Part shown: in pieces, positions 7,079 through 14,860 of the stretch
Layout of the letters: the number at the start of each line of letters is the position of its first letter
How positions within the stretch are numbered: the first letter of the stretch is position 1
From: Azolla caroliniana
Taxonomy: Eukaryota; Plantae; Polypodiophyta
Direction: 5' to 3'
DNA: 14,860 bases
Assembly: GCA_043228905.1 (NCBI GenBank)
Contig: JBHGNT010000833.1
Coordinates: forward strand, 1-14,860
The notes under the pieces: generated by a model
Databases searched by the model: none
What the model was told of the DNA's origin: nothing
Seen by the model: only the letters and a program-made list of their open reading frames with translations
Translations under genes and position numbers: made by a program

Positions 7079-9526
7079 TTTGGCACGTCGAGGTGACGCA
7101 ATCCGAGCGCACCTGAGAATTGCCGCAACTTGTCCAGACCAAGAGGCTTGGTGAAGATGTCGGCAATCTGCCGATCCGTCGGAACGTACTGAAGTTCGAC
7201 TTCACCGGAAAGGACACGCTCACGGACGAAATGGTAGTGCACCTCAATGTGTTTGGTCCGTGCGTGGAAAACGGGGTTTTTCGCGAGCTGGATGCTGCTG
7301 AGGTTGTCGCAGTAGATCGTCGTTGGTTCTGATACCTCCTCTTGCAGGTCCTTAAGTAGCCGCTTCAACCATATGGCTTCGCATGTCGTGACAACTGCTC
7401 CTCGGTACTCAGCTTCGGTGCTCGACAGTGCAACTGTCGGCTGCTTCTTACTGCTCCACGCGATCGCGGCACTCCCGAGGCAGAACACGTATCCAGACGT
7501 GGATCGGCGATCGGCGGCGTTGCCAACCCAATCAGTATCGGTGTAGCCGACTAATTGCGCGGCTGCACCGGTCCGATATAGCAGTCCCTGGTCCTTAGTG
7601 CCGTTGACATACTAAAGTATGCGTCACGCACACTGAAGGTGCTCCTCGGTAGGTCGCGCCATGAATTGACTGATCACTCCGACCGGATAACTGAGGTCGG
7701 GTCGGGTGATGGTCAAGTATATGAGGCTTCCGACAATTTGTCGGAACCTCGTCGGGTCGCTTACCTTTCCCGTATCGGGACAAAGCTTGACGGTTCTGTC
7801 CAGAGGAGTCGAGACGGACTTACAATCGGCCATCCCGAATTTGAAGAGCATACTCAGCACGTAATGACGTTGGCTGATCAATATGCCTTCGGGGGTACGG
7901 ATCACTTCGATCCCGAGGAAGTAATGAAGGTCCCCCAGATCCTTCATGTCGAACGATGCTGCAAGCTGGAGCTTTACGCGGTCGATTTCACCTAGGTTGG
8001 CGCCGGTGATGACCAAGTCATCAACATATAGTAAAATACTAACCGGTCCAAGTCGACCTTTCCGGAGGAACAGGGAAGAGTCCAATTTTGACGTGACGAA
8101 GCTCATCCGATGTAGTTGTTGCGTGATCTTCGCGTTCCAGACACGCGGGGCTTGCTTCAGTCCGTAAAGGGACTTCTTCAGTCGGCATACTGCCGAGGAG
8201 TTCGTTCCGGAGTGAAATCCGGGGGGCTGTACCATGTACACCTGTTCCTCAAGGTCACCTTGAAGGAACGCATTCTTTACATCCATCTGATGTAGGTGCC
8301 ACCCCTTGGCCGCGGCTATTACGAGCAAAACACGGACGATCGTCATTTTCGCGACCGGCGCAAACGTCTCATCGTAGTCGATGCCGTGTTTCTGCGCGTA
8401 GCCCTTTGCCACTAGCCGAGCCTTGTACCGGTTGACCGAGCCATCGGTGTTGTACTTGACCTTGTACACCCACCTACACCCGATCGGTTTTACCCCTCTT
8501 GGTGCGTCAACCAGGTCCCAGGTCTCGTTCTCCGCCAATGCGTGCATCTCTTCCTCCATCGCGGCACGCCAATTCGCGTCTTTAGCCGCTTCTGCGTAGC
8601 TCTCCGGCTCACGCACTTCCGCTACACGGGTCATGTACGCATAATGATGCGCCATGTACTCGTTGTATCCGAACCGCAAAACAAGATTCTTCTGGCGGGT
8701 AGATCGGCGTAATCTCGTATTAGCCGATGTCGAGGCCTTCTCGGTCGACGCGGACTTCACCTGTAAAGAACCGTCACCGGTTCCCTCGGAGTCGGACTCG
8801 CGTCGGTCTGACTCGTTCCTATCCGTGCCGGAATCCGACACCTTCTTCTTCCCTTTCTCTTTGCGCATAAGCCGTCTGCTCGGCTTCCTGCGCGGGGAAT
8901 GCACGACCGAGTCTCCACTACTCGCCGGCTCTTCATCGGACTGATCGTATCGACTCAGTCATCCAGTCGGTCCACTTAAACGGAGTGAAATCGGACTCTC
9001 TTCGTGGGTCTCGATTTCGGGCTCATCCGGAGGCATCTCGGCCTCGCTGACCTCATCGTCAGAGCTCAGATTGGAGTCGGGGTTCGGAGTCGGGGGCTGG
9101 TACCAGGACGCGGACTCGTCAAACACAACGTCGCGGCTAACACGCGCTTGTTTGGTGTGAGGGTTATAGCACTTATAACCCTTCTGCTCGTCCGAGTAAC
9201 CGACCAAGATGCATTTCTCGGCCTTTGCATCCAGCTTCCTCCTTTTCTCCTTCGGTACATGCACATACGCAATGCTACCGAACACCCTCAAGTGTCGCAA
9301 GTTCGGCTTTGTTCCGAAATATAGCTCGTGCGCCGACAATTTGTCTCTGATCCGGTTCTGGATGTATACCGCGGTCCTTACCGCCTCGGCCCAGTAGAAC
9401 TTGGGCAAGCTCTTCTCCTCCAACATTGCCCGTGCCGCTTCCACAACTGACCGATTCTTCCTCTCGGCCACGCCGTTCTGCTCCGGCGTGTATCTACAAC
9501 TGAATTCGTGCCGAATTCCTATTTGT

Positions 9527-10267
9527 TGACGGGAACTCAAGGCTCCTTATGTCCAGCACTCGGCCACAACCGAGCTTCTTTTCATACGCAGAAAACGGGA
9601 AACAAATGCACAACACAGTGGAGAAGAAAAATAATAGTACACAGGAGGTTTACGTGGAAAACCCCAAACTAGGCTGCAAATTGTCACTATGTGAGAATGT
9701 ACAACAGTGAGTTCACTGAGGCAACGACCTCGTGCTCACAGATCTTCGCCACACGCGACGGTTACAACAGAGGCAACGACCTCTTTCTCTCTCTCTCTTT
9801 ACACTATTACGTGCTCACTCTTCTTCTTGCACCAACAAAGAAAAAGAATGACAACAACAATAGTTACTAAAAGTTTGCCCTAAGTCATATTTATACTAAT
9901 ATGACTTTTCGGCTATTTACAAATGTAGCCTCGATGGGCTCTCAGAAACATATTTACGAATATGTCTCTTCATCCGGTTCTCACCGGGCCTGCACCATCC
10001 GGCTCTCCGTAGCCGAGTACTCCTCATCCAGTTCATACCGGGCCTGCACCATCCGGCTCTCCGTAGCCGGGTACTCCTCATCCGGTTCATATCGGGCCTG
10101 CACCATCCTGCTCTCCGTAGCCGGGTACTCCTCATCCGGTTCATACCGGGCCTGTACCATCCGGCTCTCCGTAGCCGGGTCCTCCTCATACGGTTTCGGC
10201 CTCGGCCGAGTTTGTTCATCGGCACTGTTCTTCTTCCTTCCCATCCGAAGGGACCTGTTTCCCAACA
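9527..10267 (-). mobile_element. Solo LTR of family A (741 bp) inserted in the integrase of C
   Basis: TG...CA termini; homologous to 4408-5144; TSD TTTGT at 9522-9526 and 10268-10272; removal restores YLQQIGIRHEF. Confidence 0.97.
9970..10189. repeat. 54-bp tandem repeat, ~4 copies, in the solo LTR
   Basis: GGGCCTG(C/T)ACC at 9986, 10040, 10094 and 10148. Confidence 0.93.
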
Positions 10268-12113
10268 TTTGTTGTAGATAACCGTTGAATTGATCGGAAA
10301 AGTACTCTTTCCCGCCATCCGACCGCAGACACTTGATCTTTCGTCCCGTTTCCGTTTCCACGAACCCTTTGAGGTCCCGGAAACAGTCGAAGACTTCGCT
10401 CTTCCTCTCAATGAGGTAGATCCATGCGTGCCGCGTGTGGTCGTCGATGAAGGAGACGAAATATCGGCTCCCGCCAAGACTAACGTTTTGTGCCGGCCCC
10501 CATACATCGGAGTGTATAAGGTCGAGCTTGTTCCGGTTCCGGTTTCGCTCGTTTGGGAAAGGAAGTCGGTGTTGATTCCCGAGCTGGCAAGCTTCACAAA
10601 TTTGTGCCTTTCGGCCACTAAATTTGGGCAATCCGAACACTACCTGTTTCGATTGCAGATCTTGAAGCCGCTGGTAGTTGACGTGGCCTATCCGCTTGTG
10701 CCACAAGTCGATGTCCGACTCGGATTTTTGTCCCTTCGCGAACATCGCGGTGCCGCCGTCAGTGGAGTCGAGGATGAACATCCTCCTGTCTCTGCGCCCT
10801 TGCGCAATCACACGGCCTTCTTCCTCAATGAAGCACCCGAGATGTGTAAACCGGACCTCCATCCCTTGGTCGATGATCTGTCCGACCGAGACCAAGTTCT
10901 TCGTGATTGTCGGAACGTGCAACACGTTCATGAGTTTCCCTTTCTGCCCGACATGGCTAAGGGGAACTTCTCCGATATTCGCGATCGGATGCGGAGTGTC
11001 GTCTCAAGTTGCGACTACTCCAGGTTGTATCGGTCTTTCAAGGTACGAGAACCACTCCTTATGGCTCGTCATGTGGTTTGACGCGCCGGAGTCTACGTAC
11101 CACACCTCGTCCGATCTCGGGGTGGTCTGTTTCATTGAGTTTGCTTCGTGTCTCGTCACGAAGGCAGACCTTTCTCCGGCTCTCCCGGAGTCTTCGGCGT
11201 AGTGCGATCGTTGCCGATTTCCCTTGTCGGTATGTCCGGAGCCGTTTCCGGAACCGGTTCTCTCCGAATCGGCGCGCTTCTTCAAACACTCACTTTCCCT
11301 GTGGCCTTTCTTGCCACAGTACCAGCATTCCGCGATGGCCTTCCCTTGCCGGTTCTCATCGCTTCGACTCCCCTTGTTTCCGGAGGGTCCGGAGTAGCTG
11401 TCGGCATCACTTCGGTGCCTTCTTCCTTGATCTCGTCGGCCGCCTCCATTGCGCGCCGACTCGCCTCGTCCTCCACGTCCACGGGGCCTATCTCCCTCCG
11501 TGTACAACATTTTGCTGTCGGTGTGCGTGCTTGTAGACACACCCGCGTGGTTCTCCTCTACCAGGAGCATTGACTGTAAGTCGAAAAAGGACGGCGTATT
11601 CTCCTGGGTACACACAGCCGTTCGGAACGCTCCGAACTTCGACGCCAAGCCTCCGAGACAGATCTGGACCATCTCGCTCTCCTTGATGTTCACCTCTATG
11701 GAGGCGAGGGAGTCGCAGATATCCTTGATCTTCGAGGTATAGTCCGCCACCGACAAGTCGCGTTGTCGTAGGTTGCTCAACTCCTGTCGGAGCTGAAGCT
11801 TCCTTGTTGTGGTGCTCGCGGTGAAAATCTTCTTCATATTTTCCCACGCACCCTTCGGCGTCTTTGCATCCCGAACATAGCTCAATAGTTGTTCGCCCAC
11901 ACACGACGCGAAGCAGTATAATACCCTGCTCGCCGATTGATCCCACGACGGGAAGTCTCTGTGTGTCGATTCGGGTGCCGCGTCATTAGCTCCTTCGACA
12001 TAACTCCAGTAGTCGTGCCCGAGTAGGTACTGGTGCATCTTGTAGGACCAAGACGCGTAGTTGGTTCTGTCGAGCTTCTCTGCTGGAAGCGAGCTCGCCA
12101 TTCCTCTATCCAT
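10268..12113 (-). pseudogene. gag-pol: Element C gag, protease and integrase N-terminal half
   Basis: KLDRTNYASW, CWYCGKKGHRESEC, WYVDSGASNHMT, LWHKRIGH, CEAC, IHSDVWGP, LRSDGGKEY; single in-frame stop at 11004-11006. Confidence 0.95.
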
Positions 12114-12164
12114 CGTTCTTCTTCATCAAGCTGTGTCGGCTGTAGAGAGGTTCTCAACCCTCGC

Positions 12165-12176
12165 GCTCTGATACCA
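12165..12176 (-). other. Primer-binding site (tRNA-iMet) of element C
   Basis: TGGTATCAGAGC on minus, directly abutting the LTR. Confidence 0.97.
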
Positions 12177-12588
12177 TGTAAAAAGTAACGTGCGGAAGCA
12201 AGTATAAAGACCGAACAGAAGGAAGAAAGACTCAGGTTTAATGGAGAGCTTGAGCTTACGCAGTATACGCGGGAGAGACAGAGAGAGTGAGAGAGAAAAC
12301 ACAAGAACTGTATTCAACAAAAAACAATCTCAATGCTCGACTCTATCTTACATATGTGTGTTCAATGAACACCTTTATACAGGTCCTTGAAGGACTGACC
12401 GAAGTACTGACAGTACTTCATTGCTCATTAAGAGCTCCTACACTAACTCCCAAATATATTCCTCACGGAATATCTTTCCTAACGGCCTCCCGGTTTACGC
12501 ACCGATCCGGCCCTACCGATCGGTCCCAACCGATCCGGTCCTCGGCTTCTTCAGCCGATCCAGCCGATGTTGAGCTTGTCTCTCAACC
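12177..12588 (-). repeat. 5' LTR of element C (412 bp; outer terminal base altered)
   Basis: Matches 6121-6531; ends CTCAACC rather than CTCAACA. Confidence 0.94.
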
Positions 12589-12589
12589 T

Positions 12590-13096
12590 ATGTGTCTCCA
12601 ATTCGGCTCCGGTAAACCTCAACTTGACGGTTTTACCGATTCGGACATGTCGGCTTATGTGGATACCAGCCGGTCTACATCCGGGTATGTAATGACATAT
12701 GCAGGGGGAGCTGTTTCGTGGCAGTTGAGGTTGTAGAAGACGGTTGCGTTGTCAACCACGGAGGCGGAGTACATGGCGGCTGTGGAAGCCGGCAAGGAAA
12801 TATTATGGATGAAGGACTTCATCGGAGAGCTCGGTATCTGGTAAGATGAATATCGGCTCTATTGCGACAGTCAAAGTGCCATCCACCTTGCTAAGAATGC
12901 GGCCTACCATTCCTGGACGAAGCATATCCAGCAAAGGTATCACTGGATCCGGGAAAGAGTAGATGACCAGGAGTTCGCGCTGACGAAGATCCACACGGCC
13001 GAGAACGGGTCAGATATACTGACCAAAGTACTGATACACAACAAACTGGATGCATGCCAGAAGCGGATCGGACTAGTAAGACATCCCATGCCGTAG
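12590..13096 (+). pseudogene. pol: Element D RNase H fragment
   Basis: MCLQFGSGKPQLDGFTDSDMSA...RSTSGYVMTYAGGAVSWQ...RIGLVRHPMP*; premature stops at 12734 and 12842. Confidence 0.93.
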
Positions 13097-13109
13097 TGAA
13101 GGGGGATTT
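13096..13109 (+). other. Polypurine tract of element D
   Basis: GTGAAGGGGGATTT before the LTR TG at 13110. Confidence 0.9.
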
Positions 13110-13833
13110 TGTTAGGAAACAGGTCCTTCCGGATGGGAAGTGAGAAGAACAGTACTGATGAGCAAACTCGGCCGAGGCCGAAACCAGATGTGGAAGTCCC
13201 AGCTACGGAAGACCCGGTGAGAACCGGATGACAAGTACCCGGCAACTGAAGACCCGGTGAGAACCGGATGACGAGTACCCGGCAAGAGCCGGATGGTGAA
13301 GACCCGATGAGAACCGGATGACATGTGCCCGACAAGCACCAGATGATGCATGCCCGGTGAGGAGTGCTCACCGGATGAAGGGACATATTCGTAAATATGT
13401 TTCTGAGAGTCCATCGGAACTATATTTGTAAATAGCTGAAAAGTCATATTAGTATAAATATGACTTAGGGCAAACTTAGTGAAGGTTGTTGTCATTCTTG
13501 TTGGCGCAAGATTAGAGCGCGTAACTGTGTACAGAGAGAGTGAGAGAGAGGAAGTGGTCGTTGCCTCTGTTGTAACCGCCGCCTGTGGCGAAGATAGAAA
13601 GCTCGAGGTCGTTGCTTCGGTGTTTTACCATTTGTACATTCTGATATAGTGATAGTTTGTAGTCTGTGGGTTGCCGTGGTTTTTTTCCCTAGTTTGGGTT
13701 TTTTTCACGTTAAGATCCTGTGTTCTCTTCTCTCCATTGTGTCGTGCATTCATTCCCCGTTTTTTTTTCTGTGTTTTGATTCTAAGCTCTGTTGTGGCCG
13801 AGCGTTGTTCATCGGGAGCGTGTGTTCGTGTCA
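13110..13833 (+). repeat. 3' LTR of element D (724 bp)
   Basis: TGTTAGG...GTGTCA; ends align with the A and solo LTRs; TATAAATA at 13453. Confidence 0.92.
13208..13360. repeat. Degenerate U3 array of D (units ~40, 50 and 50 bp)
   Basis: GAAGACCCG(G/A)TGAGAACCGGATGAC at 13208, 13248 and 13298. Confidence 0.85.
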
Positions 13834-13989
13834 CAACAGACGACAAACGGCAACGGCAATGGTGGCAGCAAACGACGATGACTACGACAGATGACAAAAA
13901 GAGCCGTTAGCAGCAAATGACGGTGGCGGTAGACGACGATGACAACAAACGGCATAAAGAGCCATTAGCAAGAGAGAGAGAGAGAGAGT
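13834..13989. repeat. Low-complexity GAC/CAA-rich imperfect repeats ending in a (GA)n microsatellite
   Basis: ACGACGATGAC and AAAGAGCC(G/A)TTAGCA each occur twice; AG run at ~13971-13988. Confidence 0.7.
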
Positions 13990-14134
13990 AGCTACAAAAC
14001 GTTTTTATAAAAGAGGGGTATTTTAAGAATTATTATTTATTACTTTATATATCATAATATGTTTTATTTGTACTCCTAATATTATACTTTATTTTATAAT
14101 CTAACATCTGGAACAATGTCGACGGATCTCATCT

Positions 14135-14860
14135 TCATCTGCTATCAATCGCCTCATTATCCTTGTCTCCGTCTCGGTCCTCTGCTTTCCCGCCGCCACC
14201 TTTCGTCTCTCCGGTCTCACGTTGGCACATGGGCACAATGGCCGAAGTCTCTAGAACCGGTGTGGAGAAATCTTTGGCACCATCGATCACCGACGACTTA
14301 TCCATAGCCACCTCCGTTTGGACGTCGTTGTTCGTGGCTATCTCTTCCTCTCTATAGGCTTTTCCATCCTCGATTATGCTTGCAGCTCCTTCGCTCGATT
14401 TTTTGGACCCCCATGCCCGAAACCATTTGTCCTCTTCCGAACCAGCAATCGTCGCCTCCACAATTCCGACCTTATCCTCGGTTGGTCTTCCTTCGCAAGT
14501 TGAGAGGGTGGCTTGCTCCACACCCTCTCCCGTGGTACCATCGTATCGTTCTTCGGCCTCCTCACAGGCCCCGTCCTTCGTCCCTGAGGAGGAGACTTCC
14601 TCCTCGTCATTCGGTCCTTTGGAGTCTGGCTCCATAATGGACCCTTCTTTGGCTTTGATCCGCATCGTCATGATCTCGTACGCCTCCCTTATCAATGCTT
14701 CTATGTCGAGCACCACCAGACTATTCCGCGATGAGCTCTCCTTCTTCGGTGGTAGTGTGTCGTCACTTGCCACCCCTTTTCCGGCGCTGCTCATGGGGCA
14801 TGTTGTAGCCGACAATGTCCCCGTCCGCTTCTCATCATGTCGCTGACATACCCTCTCTAC
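14135..14860 (-). CDS. Unidentified acidic, low-complexity ORF, open to the window edge (exon or TE-derived)
   Basis: Stop-free for 241 codons from 14860; E/D/S/K/G-rich; followed by AT-rich sequence; no recognised domain. Confidence 0.4.
   Translation of the reverse strand, partial: VERVCQRHDEKRTGTLSATTCPMSSAGKGVASDDTLPPKKESSSRNSLVVLDIEALIREAYEIMTMRIKAKEGSIMEPDSKGPNDEEEVSSSGTKDGACEEAEERYDGTTGEGVEQATLSTCEGRPTEDKVGIVEATIAGSEEDKWFRAWGSKKSSEGAASIIEDGKAYREEEIATNNDVQTEVAMDKSSVIDGAKDFSTPVLETSAIVPMCQRETGETKGGGGKAEDRDGDKDNEAIDSR

Larger units (their letters stand above)
6526..9526 (-). pseudogene. pol: Element C pol, 3' part: integrase C-terminal half, RT, RNase H and ~180-aa charged extension
   Basis: TPEQNGVAERKNR, SRDVVFDE, ILLYVDDLVI, MKDLGDLHYFLGIEV, HARTKHIEVHYHFVRE, ADIFTKPL; one frame with stops at 8959, 7624 and 7612. 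Confidence 0.95.
6121..12588 (-). mobile_element. Element C: near-complete Ty1/copia LTR retrotransposon of a second family (possibly Ale/RE1-like; lineage uncertain)
   Basis: 411/412-bp LTR pair, PBS, PPT, complete gag-PR-INT-RT-RH; no matching TSD. Confidence 0.95.
12589..13833 (+). mobile_element. Element D: 3' end of a family-A copia element in the opposite orientation
   Basis: Reverse-complement homologue of ~527-1048, followed by a family-A LTR. Confidence 0.94.

Noticed and set aside
9981-10931. Integrase with an 18-aa repeat tail
   Set aside because: Read-through into the solo LTR; the TSD shows it is an insertion.
11004-11006. Stop as a gag/pol read-through signal in C
   Set aside because: It falls inside the protease at a usually conserved Gly; a GGA>TGA mutation is simpler.
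1-14860. Host species assignment
   Set aside because: The elements indicate a land plant, but nothing here identifies the taxon without a search.

Overview
This window is a plant-type cluster of nested, decayed Ty1/copia LTR retrotransposons from two families, not a prokaryotic locus. Element A (<1-5144, minus, Tto1/Tnt1-like) is inserted into the RT of element B. B survives as a fragment (5145-6120, minus). Element C (6121-12588, minus) is related to B, abuts it, is almost full length, and carries a family-A solo LTR with a perfect TTTGT target-site duplication inside its integrase (9527-10267). Element D (12589-13833, plus) is the RNase H-PPT-3' LTR end of another family-A copy. The last ~1 kb is low-complexity/AT-rich sequence plus an unidentified acidic ORF that runs off the window. 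No intact retroelement ORF is present. The most unusual signals are: (i) a second, identical PPT in C with a ~180-aa in-frame extension of Pol; (ii) a tandem duplication of the YVDD region in A whose junction is a perfect 30-bp palindrome; (iii) TATA boxes embedded in or flanked by conserved palindromes, next to a shuffling 54-bp U3 array; (iv) mismatched flanks of C, implying recombination or deletion. I found no evidence for a wholly new biological system. All counts and alignments were done by eye.
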